Source of the DNA: an uncultured Verrucomicrobiae bacterium
GTDB lineage: Bacteria; Verrucomicrobiota; Verrucomicrobiia; Limisphaerales; JAFGQR01
Direction: 5' to 3'
Assembly: GCA_963788655.1 (NCBI GenBank)
Contig: CAWBHS010000080.1
Location: 1 to 64,000, forward strand
Length of the DNA stretch: 64,000 nt
Part shown: positions 9,097-19,011 of the stretch, piece after piece
Layout of the letters: each line of letters opens with the position of its first letter
Numbering within the stretch: position 1 is the stretch's first letter
Program-made: the position numbers and the translations under genes
Notes under the pieces: model-generated
What the model saw: the letters and a program-made list of their open reading frames with translations, nothing else
The model's database searches: none
What the model was told of the DNA's origin: nothing

Positions 9097-11052
9097 TCAG
9101 CGTGCGCCCAAAGTCCCCCGATAGACCCGCACCCGTTTCCCGAAGAGATCAATCCGGAACCGGTTCTCACCGTGACGCAGCAGGATGGGCGTGGTACCGC
9201 CGACGCTCTGATACGGGTCGAAAGCGGCGACGGCGATCTGCCGGCCTTTCACGGCACCGGTGATGATTGGCCTCCGGTCCCACGCCACGTCGCACATGGT
9301 CGAGCCGTTCGCGGGCGGCGTGTACCACGTCTGGCCATCATCGAGGCTGTATTCAAAGTCACGGCGTGTGCCCCCTTCCACAATGTCGGCGATCTGGGAA
9401 TACTTCCAGGCGGCCAGGGCATAATACGCGGGGGAATATGCCAGACAGCAAGTGCCGGGAACGCGGGAGTAGCCCGGGGGCGTCCCGGGCACATCGGGCT
9501 GCCAACTGCCACGCGGGTCGTGGTTGTCGAGCGCGTATTTCACCTGCCAAAACGCAGCGTTCGGATCGGGCGAGGTCGTGAAGAAGGAATCCCAGAGGTA
9601 CGCCCCGTCGCCTTCCAGAAAACCGAAAAACGCCAGTTGCTCGGTGACGTTCGGGGCCACCGGCAATCGTTCCTTCCAAGTGACCACTCCCGGCGGATTG
9701 GTCGTGCGCGTGCGGAAGGCGATGGAGGGATGGTGGTATTTGCCCTCCAGGATGGACATGCCAAACCAGATCTCCGGCTTGCCGCGATTGACCGGCTAGC
9801 GGCGGTTCACCCGCGAATAATGAATCCACGATGGGAACGTGTAATCGAAGCGGAACTGCCGCAGTTCATCGTCGTAGCCGAAGAGGTGATCGAAGTAGGT
9901 CGTCACGCAGACGGCACCGAACAGTTCCGCCAGCGAGGTCTTCCGGCCGTTGACTTCCACCGGCCGCGTAATCGCGCGGTGAGTTACGGCCATAGCCTTG
10001 GCCGGATCCGAATAATGTTCCGCCAGCACCGGGAAAGTGGCCGCCCACTTCTGATCCCCGCCAGGTTGCCATTTCCGGTAGGGCGGCGCGCCGCTCCAGA
10101 AATCGCTGGGCTTGCAGCGCGGATTGCGCCGGCGCATCTCCTGGAAGAAGACGCACAGCCGCTCGATCGTGGCCGGTTGGTAGTCGTCATGCCAGAACTC
10201 CTCGTCGAGAAAGAAATACTCGGCGAAACTGGCGGCTGCCGCGCGGTTGGTCACGTGCGCGAGCGAGCATTCCATGAAGGCCTTTTCCGTGGGCGAGATG
10301 TGGTCCTGCTGCTCGTTGGGATTCGGCTTCGAGCCGATACCCTCGTTCAAAAAACCCGTTTGGATCGTGATGGCGCGCCGCGTCGGTGGCAGTTGGTCGA
10401 AATCAGTTCCGGCGCCGGCGATATGGGTGACGCCATGGCGGAACATGTTCGAGAACGTGAGTCCCTCGGCATACCGGCCCAGGATGAAGACTTTTTTGGT
10501 GGGAAGCTGAAACGACGGCAGCAGCTCCGTGAAGAGCGGCAGCCGTTCCCCGGCGCGAAAACGAAATTGCGCCGGATCTTCGCGGATCTCCGTCAGTACG
10601 CCGGTCGTATCCTTGTCCGCGCGCACGGTCCGGCGGACGCCCTGCCCGCCCACCCACAAGAATGCCGCATCGCAGGCTTTGCGCGGGTCGTCGCTGGTCC
10701 AGAAATCCGTCAATGGGCGTGGCTTGCTCAGTTCATAGAGATGCACCAGATAGAGGCGATTGGGCTCCACCTCGACATCCTTGATCGGTCGGGGTTGCCT
10801 GCCATCGCCAATGAAATCCCAGTCCACAAAGTAGAACACGTTGCGGTCCGGCGGTTGGTAGCCGGAGACGTTGCTCAGGAAATATCGTCCACTTCGCTCC
10901 TCCACCGTAAGCTGGAGCTTTGATTGATCGGTGCTGTTGCACCAAAAGAGTGGTTCCCCGGGCGGTGCCGCGTTAGTCGCCGGCAAGCCAGAGAGTAGCC
11001 AGAAGCTGGTGAAAATGGCTGCGTAGGATCGGTCGTGAACGTTAAGTCTCAT
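9097..11052 (-). CDS. Secreted hypothetical protein, possibly glycoside-hydrolase-like (frameshift near 9790)
   Basis: Signal-like N-terminus; ORFs 9796-11082 and 9097-9759 join; FFLDEEFW motif. Confidence 0.6.
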
Positions 11053-11298
11053 GTTTGAAAAGGCTTGGCAGAGGTGAAACAAATGGTCCGCAATGAGCCG
11101 TCGTGGAGGCTAACCATGGGGATGAGCAATTGGTCCACGACCTCGCCTGGAGCAGCCGCGAACAGGACAATTTCTAAGCGGCGCCAAGGCGAAGTCGAGC
11201 GTGTTGGTTTGGTGTTATTCAACGTATGAATTGGAACTCCGACGTGCCAAAGCCCTGTTTATTCATCGTGCTGCCGTACTAGACCGCCAGACACTAAC

Positions 11299-11375
11299 AG
11301 CCTGTTTTAAAATTGGGCGAGATCCTGCGGCGAGGGATTTTGGACGGGGGACCACGCCGAATTTTAAAACAGGCT
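11299..11375. mobile_element. MITE-like element with perfect 16-bp terminal inverted repeats
   Basis: AGCCTGTTTTAAAATT ... AATTTTAAAACAGGCT; CTAA flanks at 11294-11297 and 11376-11379. Confidence 0.65.
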
Positions 11376-11464
11376 CTAAAACGATCTCATTGCTTCACCG
11401 ACCGCAACCACGGCCAAGCCTTCGCAATATTGAATGCCGACCTGAAACGAGCGTCACAATATCA

Positions 11465-12397
11465 ATGTTCGCAACTAATTTGCAGTGGATTCTTCCGACC
11501 GGCCGACGACTGATCGGCCAAGGTCGTCGTCTTCACCTGCCGTGCCGTGCCGGTCTTACGGCGTTGTTACTCGGTGCAGTGTGCCTGGTAAATGTCCTCG
11601 CGGCTACGCCGGCCGATAAGTTCGCGAAAGAGATTCGGCGTTACGATGAATTGGCGGCGGCAGCCCGGGAGACGCTGGCGGCTCGCCTGGGCGACCTCAA
11701 CGACTTCCCGGTGTTCAAGAAAGTGGATGGCCCACTGATCACGAAACATCTGGAGGCGGTTTCCCAAACGTGGGCCGAAGCGGCGCGGGCGCTCGAGGAG
11801 GGTAACGAAACCGCCGCCGCCGCCCTGGCCCGGCGGGCGGAGGAGCTGGCGGGTCAGCGCGGTCGTTGGGAACAGCGGCTGAACTGGCGGCGCCTGCAAG
11901 CGCAGCATGAATACTTGCCGGCTACCGCCAAGGTGTTCTTCATGCTGGCGACCGAGCGCAATGGAGACCTTGAAAAGGAGGTGGGAGCTTTCCTGGAAGC
12001 CAAGCGACGCCGTTCCGAGGCTTACGGTCGCCTGGCCGAAGCGACCACTCCTGCGGCCGACGATCAGATCCTCTTTAAGCTTCAGGATGAAGTGTTCGCT
12101 CTGGATGTCGAAGTGGGGGTGGCCGACATGAAGTATGGTTGGGCGCGAGAAGATTGGGACTTCCACCGGTGGGTCGTGACGGATCCGAAGGTGATCTCCC
12201 TGGAACTCCGCGCCGCCCAGGAACGGTTGACGGAGTGGAGACACCAACGCGAGCAGACCTACCGGCAATCCCGGAACGAGCAACATGAGCTGGAGCGATT
12301 GGATCGCGAGCGCGAGGCCTTGCTCAAAGCACGGGAAAACGCCTATCGAACCGCCAAGGCAGCACGGAATTCATCCGGTCAATCTTCCGAACGATAA
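11465..12397 (+). CDS. Secreted or membrane-anchored helical coiled-coil hypothetical protein
   Basis: Hydrophobic segment followed by E/R/A-rich heptads. Confidence 0.6.
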   Translation: MFATNLQWILPTGRRLIGQGRRLHLPCRAGLTALLLGAVCLVNVLAATPADKFAKEIRRYDELAAAARETLAARLGDLNDFPVFKKVDGPLITKHLEAVSQTWAEAARALEEGNETAAAALARRAEELAGQRGRWEQRLNWRRLQAQHEYLPATAKVFFMLATERNGDLEKEVGAFLEAKRRRSEAYGRLAEATTPAADDQILFKLQDEVFALDVEVGVADMKYGWAREDWDFHRWVVTDPKVISLELRAAQERLTEWRHQREQTYRQSRNEQHELERLDREREALLKARENAYRTAKAARNSSGQSSER

Positions 12398-12420
12398 AGC
12401 AGAATCCGGACACCCCAGAT

Positions 12421-13746
12421 ATGACGAAGAACCTCATGATGCGATCGGCGATGCGAATTTGTTGGGCGGTATGTTGGACGATGGCGGTATGGGCCCAAGC
12501 TGCATTGGGTGGCAGCGTGTTGACGCGCGATGGCAATACCCACACCGGGCAGGTGGCATTCAGGGCGGGCAACCTGGTTGCGGTGACACCGGCGAGCGGG
12601 GAGGCGCAGACTGTGCCGCTCGATGAAGTTGCCAGAATCACCCTGGTGGAGCCGATGCAGGCGGCCGGAAAACCTGCGGACCGCGATCCTCATTTACCGC
12701 TGCCGTGGCAACAAGCCGATGTTGGTCGGGTGAAGGGGCCAGGAAGCGGTCAGGAAGCGAACGGCGTTTTCACCGTGCGGGGGGCGGGTTGGGGCGTTTG
12801 GGGTGAGGCGGATTCGTTCCACTTCGTCTATCAGCCTTGCGTCGGAGATATTGACGTGAGGGTGCGCCTGGGAGCGCCGCCGAGCGAAGAGGACGCCTTC
12901 ATGGCCGGACTCAGCCTCCGCGAAACGTTGGATGCCAGCGCCACTCAGGCGTCGGTGATGCTGTTCCCTGGGGGCGTCGTTTGGATGAGTTGCCGGCCCG
13001 TCAGCGGGGCGGTCGAATCGACAACGACGCCTGGGAACATGCCCTATCAATGGTTGCGATTGGCCCGGACCGGCGACCACTTCAGTGGGTTCTGCTCCCG
13101 GGACGGGAAGAGCTGGATCCTGGCGGGAACGGTCAAGGTCAAGATGGACCTCACCGCCTACGTGGGTCTGGCGTGCGCGACCACATTGAATCACGCAGTG
13201 TTGGGAACCACGTTCGATCACTTCACGCTCGGTGCCCATAGCATGGGGCCGGCCGAAGGCTTCGGATTGGTGGACGGTTCTCTGGTGGCCGCTCGCGTGC
13301 AACAGATGGATGAGCAATGGCTGCAGTATGTGGATGCCGCCGGAACAGAACAGCGGCTGCCGGCAAACGCCGTGGCGTATCTACTTACGCGTCCTTTGCC
13401 TTCGGACGTGCGTGAAGCGTTGGCCAAACAGGCCCCGGGTGTCGCTTTGGCTAACGGCGATAAAATCGAGGGTTACGTCGAAAGCGTCCGTCACGGCAAA
13501 GTCGGCGTCACCTCGTTGCTGTTTGGCCACCAGAACCTGCCGTTCTCGCAGGTAGTCACCGCGGTGCTGCGACCCACGAATGCCCGTGGGACGTTTTCGG
13601 TAACCATCCGCGACGGCTCGATTTACCGTTGCCCTAAATTAACCGTGAGTGATGGAGTGGTGACCGCCGAAAACGAAACCCTTGGCACGATGGACCTGAA
13701 GGCGGAAGCGATCGCGGAAATAGACCTGGGATTGTCACGCGAATGA
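12421..13746 (+). CDS. Secreted protein with a DUF1349/ConA-like domain
   Basis: Signal peptide; GAGWGVWGEADSFHFVYQ, AGLSLRETL, WLRLARTGDHFSGFCSRDGKSW, YVGLA. Confidence 0.7.
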   Translation: MTKNLMMRSAMRICWAVCWTMAVWAQAALGGSVLTRDGNTHTGQVAFRAGNLVAVTPASGEAQTVPLDEVARITLVEPMQAAGKPADRDPHLPLPWQQADVGRVKGPGSGQEANGVFTVRGAGWGVWGEADSFHFVYQPCVGDIDVRVRLGAPPSEEDAFMAGLSLRETLDASATQASVMLFPGGVVWMSCRPVSGAVESTTTPGNMPYQWLRLARTGDHFSGFCSRDGKSWILAGTVKVKMDLTAYVGLACATTLNHAVLGTTFDHFTLGAHSMGPAEGFGLVDGSLVAARVQQMDEQWLQYVDAAGTEQRLPANAVAYLLTRPLPSDVREALAKQAPGVALANGDKIEGYVESVRHGKVGVTSLLFGHQNLPFSQVVTAVLRPTNARGTFSVTIRDGSIYRCPKLTVSDGVVTAENETLGTMDLKAEAIAEIDLGLSRE

Positions 13747-14029
13747 CTCTCGGATATTACGAGCGGCATTATTAGCGGGGTATGGACACACCAAAACAAG
13801 TGTACCCCGCTCGGCTCTCCTTCAGCCGAACTGCTGTGCGCCCGCACTGATTGCACTGATCGGAGTCCAAATCTTCGGAACTGGTGTCAACTCGTGCGCC
13901 GCTGGCCCGATCACAAATCCGGAGTTTAAGGCTGCCGAAACCGCCGAGCAGAACGGTGATTCCGCCACCGCATTGCGGCGCTACGAAACCATCTACGACT
14001 GGTGAAGCCGATACCATCATGGTATTCGC

Positions 14030-14363
14030 CAAGGTGTGGGGCGATCCCCAAAAAGACGAAGCGAGCGAAGTCGTGCCGCAAATGCTTTTGGGTGGCGCAT
14101 TGGGTGCGCTCGGTGAGTTCACCAAGGGCGCACTCGCCTGGAGCAAGTCCTATGTCAGTCTTGAGCCGTATCTGGGGTTGCACATGCCGACGGTCAGCCG
14201 GCCAGGACAAATCGGCGCCGACCGCAGCAAACTGGCCGCAGTTCTAACGGGCGCGGCCCATGGCAAGTATGTGAAGCTGCCGGACGAAGATCTCCACACG
14301 ATTTACCTTGGCTGGACGCCAATGCGCCCTTTTACGGCCGTGTCGCCGCCTCCCTTGCAGTAG
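14030..14363 (+). pseudogene. C-terminal remnant resembling PVC HzsA-related secreted proteins
   Basis: GADRSKLAAVL..HGKYVKLPDEDLHTIYL, then WLDANAPFYG after a frameshift. Confidence 0.4.
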
Positions 14364-14621
14364 CCGCGACTCACTGAAACGCTGGGCGTAACGGACGAAA
14401 CGCCCGACAAAACTTGAGTCCAATCCGCCGCCCGGAACCAATGGCTCAAAATGTCCGCGGGACAGTGGATGGGAGACCGGCGCAACGGGGGGTTACTTAG
14501 ACAAAGTGGTCTTGTAGCGCATTGAAATCCGCTGCCGCTAGCCTGCCTCTTGGGTAGCCCTTTGCCACATACGAACCTGCCGGCCTTCTCGACCGCGCAG
14601 GCGCTGGGGATTGAATAGGGC

Positions 14622-16013
14622 TCAATGCTTGGCAAGAGTCCGGGTTTCCCATCTGTCCACGGTGGTCTCGCCATGGACGCCGCATTCGAACTTGAGGGGT
14701 GACTCCAGGCCGCGAGGTGCATCGGTCTTGGGATTCTCGTAGCGGTCCGTGTCAGAGACATTCACCAGCGTGTTGTTCTGGATCACCGCGTCGTAGCTTC
14801 GGTCATTGCGCAGCAGCGGACGGGGTTGGCCTTCGCACTCGATGACGTTGTTTTGGATGCGGATGGTTGGGAAATCACACTTCGGATTGAAGCCGAACAA
14901 GCCGTCCCGCCGCGGCGTTACGGTGGTCCGGGCCACGATATGGTTGTTGCGGATTGTCAAATGGCTGTAGGGCTCATTGATCCAAACCACTCCTCGACCC
15001 GGATTGCTAACGAGGTTGTTGTGGAACAGAGCCGGACCTTTGGCGGGCGCATGGCCAAAGCCGGAAATCAGGTTGCCGTAATCCTGCTTGACGTCGAAGT
15101 CGAACAGGTTGTGATCGATCTCAACCCCATTGCGGACGAACTCGATGGAATAGCTGTCCCGAAAGCAATTGTGATGAATGTGGAACGTGCGACCACTGGC
15201 CGGAACCGGTCCGCCAGCGTACTTCGGAATCGAAATCGTGCCATCACAAAGATTGTGGTCGATCTCCACCTCCTCATCGTTCTCAAAGGGAAACTCCATC
15301 GAGAAATTCACGGCAATCGTGTTGTGGTGGAGACGACAGCGTTTTCCCTGGCGGCCTTTGATCCCATAGAATTCATCGGCTTTGCCCATTTGCGTACGAA
15401 CGAAGCGATTGTGGGCAATTTCAGTATCGGACATCCAAACCGCAAAGATAGCGCCGCCGGTAATTCCGCCCTTAAGGCCGGGTTCACCTCGTTGCCAGCG
15501 ACCGCCCGCATCGATGAATTCACAATCGTGGATCTTCGCACCCTTCAGGAGAAAAGTCCGAATGCCAGCCCACAGCACATCCTGAACGCGCAAATGATGC
15601 AGATGCAAATCCTTGTTGGCCCACCCGTAGATCGCCCCATGGAGTTGCGGGCCGCGCAGGGTCAAATCGGAAACCGTGATGCCGGTCGCCTGGTCCGGCA
15701 GGCGGATCAGGTAGGCATAGGTGTCCATCCCCTGCGTTTTCATTTCCGGATCCGGAAGCGTCGCGGTGGATGGTTTCCAGGAGGAGACATGTGTCAGAAT
15801 GGTCTTGGCCATCCCGGCACCTTTGAGGGTCATTCCCGCTTTGGGCTCAAGCGGGGCCGTCAGCTCGTAGGTTCCGGCGGCAATCTCGATGGTAGCCCCC
15901 TCTGCGCCGGCGCGCACCGCCTTGACCAGTTCGGCCGTGGTGCCAACCGATTCAGCCATGCCGGGGGAGTCGGCGAGAAAACCTGCCAGCGTCAGCAGCA
16001 GGAGCATCTTCAT
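14622..16013 (-). CDS. Right-handed parallel beta-helix protein (pectin lyase-like), secreted
   Basis: Signal peptide; ELVKAVRAGAEGATIEIAAGTY, MTLKGAG, repeated IHDC/IAHN/LHHN/IDHN coils. Confidence 0.8.
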   Translation of the reverse strand: MKMLLLLTLAGFLADSPGMAESVGTTAELVKAVRAGAEGATIEIAAGTYELTAPLEPKAGMTLKGAGMAKTILTHVSSWKPSTATLPDPEMKTQGMDTYAYLIRLPDQATGITVSDLTLRGPQLHGAIYGWANKDLHLHHLRVQDVLWAGIRTFLLKGAKIHDCEFIDAGGRWQRGEPGLKGGITGGAIFAVWMSDTEIAHNRFVRTQMGKADEFYGIKGRQGKRCRLHHNTIAVNFSMEFPFENDEEVEIDHNLCDGTISIPKYAGGPVPASGRTFHIHHNCFRDSYSIEFVRNGVEIDHNLFDFDVKQDYGNLISGFGHAPAKGPALFHNNLVSNPGRGVVWINEPYSHLTIRNNHIVARTTVTPRRDGLFGFNPKCDFPTIRIQNNVIECEGQPRPLLRNDRSYDAVIQNNTLVNVSDTDRYENPKTDAPRGLESPLKFECGVHGETTVDRWETRTLAKH

Positions 16014-16328
16014 GAACCCGTGTCGTGCCACCCGGTCAGGCTGCCGCAGAACAGACCGGACATCGCTCTTCGGAATTCGGTGATTCACAGAGTATTGTAT
16101 TGGCATCAAAGTTATGACGGTCAGCGCGTCCCCAAATTCATTCGACCCAAGCCTACTGAGTAATGTTTTCATCTACGGATCATTCCTCCTTCACTGAACG
16201 CTTGACCAGCTTCGTTGTTGCCTCGTAAAGCGCCTCGCCCAGCCAGAGGAAATGGCCGTAGTTGCGGATGAACCAATGCAACGTCGGCCCCGTGGCATCG
16301 GCCACCCCAAACGCTGCCGCGACGACCC

Positions 16329-16659
16329 AACGTGCTGCCGGCATTCTGCCGGCAGATCGAACGGAGGAGGACCCCACGAAATGGCAAGCAACGCCGGGCG
16401 CCCCACTGGCCGCTGGCGGCAGCGGCAGTTCGGACGTTTCCAGTGCCTCCGTTTCTGCCGGCGAGACGCCGGCAGCACGCTGGCAGTTTGGAGTGCGTGG
16501 AGCTTGCTCCCGCTTGTGCATGCGTACCGAGGCTACATGGGTCAGCAACGCGTCGATATTCCCTGCACCCCAAAATTTCCCCCGCGAAGTAATGTCCAAC
16601 GTGAGAAGGCGGAGCTGGAGCTGCTTTTTATGCATCGCCTCCTCACGTCGGCGGGTACA
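16329..16659. repeat. Mosaic of three palindromic repeat families (B doublet, A half, D element)
   Basis: ACGTGCTGCCGGCATTCTGCCGGCAG..CTGCCGGCGAGACGCCGGCAGCACG (16329-16479); TTTGGAGTGCGTGGAGCTTGCTCCCGCTT (16487-16515); ..CGCCTCCTCACGTCGGCGGGTAC (to 16658). Confidence 0.8.
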
Positions 16660-16758
16660 CGCTGTCGGCGGCCACGATTCTTGATTTGCGAATTTGATTT
16701 ATCCTTGCGCATACTTCAATTGTCGCAGCGTGGAATGAACGTTTAGATCAAAACCATT

Positions 16759-17550
16759 ATGAGCAAGACACATCGTTACTTTATGACCTTGATTGTGGCC
16801 GGGACCGCTCTGGCAGCCGGACCGTTGGCCGTGGCTGACGTGGGTGTCGGCGCGAAACCGTTGCCGGGCGCCGAGGTGATCATTGATGGCACCCGTCAGA
16901 TGTTGGACGGCAAGTGGACGTATTGGGAAGGGCCGGGCTTCCGCGCGTCGATGCCCATCAAATGGCAGGTGGTGGACGATCCGGTGGATCCCGGCACGGC
17001 GATTTCCACCGCCGATCCCACGGCCGCCGGCGGCAAGTATGGTTCGGCGGATATTGTCACCAAAAAGAAATACCGCGACTTCCGATTGCACATCGAATTT
17101 CTGATCATGAAGCCGGGCGGGAACAGCGGTGTGTATCTGCAGAACCGCTACGAGATCCAGGTGCTCGATGGTGACCGCGGCAAGCACGGCATGGCCGCGG
17201 TGATCAACGAAGCCGAAGCCCCTTTCGATGCCTACCACGGCACCGGCAAATGGAACGTATACGACATCACCTTCCGCGCCGCCCGGTTCAAAGACGGTCA
17301 GCGCGTCGAGAAGGCGATGCTGACCATGTATTTCAACGGCAAGAAGGTTCACGAGAACCAGTCGATCAACCAGGTGTGGGGCGGACCGAACTCAGGCATT
17401 GACGGCGGCAACAATGGCGGCAAAGGCATTACCGATACGCCGGGCGGACTCAAACTCCAGGCGGAAGGCCACGACGTGCGCTATCGCAATGCCTGGATCA
17501 AGGAATTGGATTTGAAAACTGCCGACACAGATTTCCCGAAATCGGAATAA
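16759..17550 (+). CDS. DUF1080 (3-keto-disaccharide hydrolase family) protein
   Basis: DIVTKKKYRDFRLHIEF, GNSGVYLQNRYEIQVLD, GKWNVYDITF, LKLQAEGHDVRYRNAWI. Confidence 0.9.
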   Translation: MSKTHRYFMTLIVAGTALAAGPLAVADVGVGAKPLPGAEVIIDGTRQMLDGKWTYWEGPGFRASMPIKWQVVDDPVDPGTAISTADPTAAGGKYGSADIVTKKKYRDFRLHIEFLIMKPGGNSGVYLQNRYEIQVLDGDRGKHGMAAVINEAEAPFDAYHGTGKWNVYDITFRAARFKDGQRVEKAMLTMYFNGKKVHENQSINQVWGGPNSGIDGGNNGGKGITDTPGGLKLQAEGHDVRYRNAWIKELDLKTADTDFPKSE

Positions 17551-17564
17551 TCTCGCGCCGTCGA

Positions 17565-18488
17565 ATGGAAATTACGACCTGTGAGCGGCCGGTGCTTTCG
17601 AAGCGATTGCGCCGGGCACTTCATTGTGCCGCCGGTTTGCTCCTGCTGGGGACGGTGTGGCAAACCTCGAACGCTGCCGTTGCCGAGCCGCAACGGCTGT
17701 CACTCTGGCCGAATGGCGCCCCGCAGAAAAACAGCACCAACGAGGCGGTCGAGGTGCCGATCACTGTTTATCTGCCGGACGCGACCAACGCCACCGGCAC
17801 CGCCATGGTGATTTGTCCGGGGGGCGGCTACGCCGGTTTGGTCACCGGCGCGGAGGGCCACGGCATTGCTCGTTGGCTCGGACAACATGGCATTGCCGGG
17901 GTGGTCTTGGAATACCGGCTCCCCCGTCACCGCCCGTTTGTGCCGCTGATGGACGCGCAGCGCGCGATTCGCACGACGCGATTTCATGCGCGGGATTGGC
18001 ACCTCCGGCCAGATCGGATTGGCATCATTGGCTTTTCCGCGGGCGGGCATTTGGCGTCCACCGCGCTCACCCATTTTGACACCGGCACCCCGCAGGCGAC
18101 GGATCCGATTGAGCGAGTAAGTTCGCGACCCGATTTTGGCGTGCTGATCTATCCGGTGATTACGCTGGGCGAGAAAACGCACCACGGCACGCGGAACAAC
18201 CTGCTGGGCTCGAATCCAAAACCGGACCTGGTGAAACTGTTTTCCAATGATCTGCAAGTGACCGACCGCACGCCGCCCACCTTCTTGGCCCATGCGTTGG
18301 ATGACACGCTCGTGCCACCGGACAACAGCCGGATGTTTTTCGAGGCGTTGCAAGCCCACCAGGTGCCGGGCAAGTTTCTTGAACTGCCGCATGGTGGACA
18401 CGGCCTGAATGGATACTCGGGTCCGATGTGGACTGCTTGGCAAACCGGCTGCCTCGATTGGCTCAAGTCCATAAAGCGGCTGCCGTGA
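17565..18488 (+). CDS. Alpha/beta hydrolase (carbohydrate esterase-like)
   Basis: ICPGGGY, IGFSAGGHLA, PPTFLAHALDD, GGHG. Confidence 0.9.
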   Translation: MEITTCERPVLSKRLRRALHCAAGLLLLGTVWQTSNAAVAEPQRLSLWPNGAPQKNSTNEAVEVPITVYLPDATNATGTAMVICPGGGYAGLVTGAEGHGIARWLGQHGIAGVVLEYRLPRHRPFVPLMDAQRAIRTTRFHARDWHLRPDRIGIIGFSAGGHLASTALTHFDTGTPQATDPIERVSSRPDFGVLIYPVITLGEKTHHGTRNNLLGSNPKPDLVKLFSNDLQVTDRTPPTFLAHALDDTLVPPDNSRMFFEALQAHQVPGKFLELPHGGHGLNGYSGPMWTAWQTGCLDWLKSIKRLP

Positions 18489-18658
18489 CCGCCCGGCAAC
18501 TCGTGGAGCAGTGCGTCCCGCCTGTCCCGATTTCCAACAAGCCGTGCAACATTTCTTCGAACGTGCTGATACCAATTGACGTTCGTAGCCCATTCGTGGC
18601 GGCCCAGACAGTGTAGGTGAATGGCGCGATTTTGGAACGGCCTGCATTCTGTCGCGCC

Positions 18659-18796
18659 AGCGTTTGGAGTGCGTCCGGCTTGCCGGCGCTTTTGCGGGGA
18701 ACGCAACCAACAAGCTACTGATGCGGACGCTTCATCGTTGGCGAGCCGAATGGTATTTTACGAAGGCGGGAGCAAGCTCCTCGCACTCCAAACGCT
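18659..18796. repeat. REPIN-like doublet, family A
   Basis: AGCGTTTGGAGTGCGTCCGGCTTGCCGGCGCTTT ... GCGGGAGCAAGCTCCTCGCACTCCAAACGCT. Confidence 0.8.
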
Positions 18797-18837
18797 TCGC
18801 GACGTTCGGAGGCACCAACACCTCGCTCGGCTACATG

Positions 18838-19000
18838 GTAGGACAGCGCGTCCCGCCTGTCCCGAAATGCCAAAGAACGCCCTTTGCAACAAGTCCACCA
18901 TGACGACAATTGAGCGGTCCTTGACCATTCGGGACAGCCGAGACGGCTGTCCTACGTGATGGCTCGCAACGCCGGTAGGACATTGCGTCTCGCCTGTCCC
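18838..19000. repeat. REPIN-like doublet family C (18838-18955) plus an extra half copy
   Basis: GTAGGACAGCGCGTCCCGCCTGTCC ... GGACAGCCGAGACGGCTGTCCTAC; second GTAGGACA at 18975. Confidence 0.8.
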
Positions 19001-19011
19001 GCACGCACTGC

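Noticed and set aside
3200..9100. Integron cassette array around the intron and TA genes
   Set aside because: Only one partial attC-like arm was found by eye, with no intI and no repeated RYYYAAC..GTTRRRY sites.
14380..14421. GGACGAAACGCCC resembling a hammerhead ribozyme core
   Set aside because: No CTGANGA in a compatible position; it is only a simple hairpin.
16169..16746. Small ORFs over repeat clusters (also near 18600-19000, 22600-22800, 36440-36700, 52800-53300 and 55416-56480)
   Set aside because: Translations of palindromic repeats (CRQDAGST, LECxxLxxAF-type peptides), not genes.
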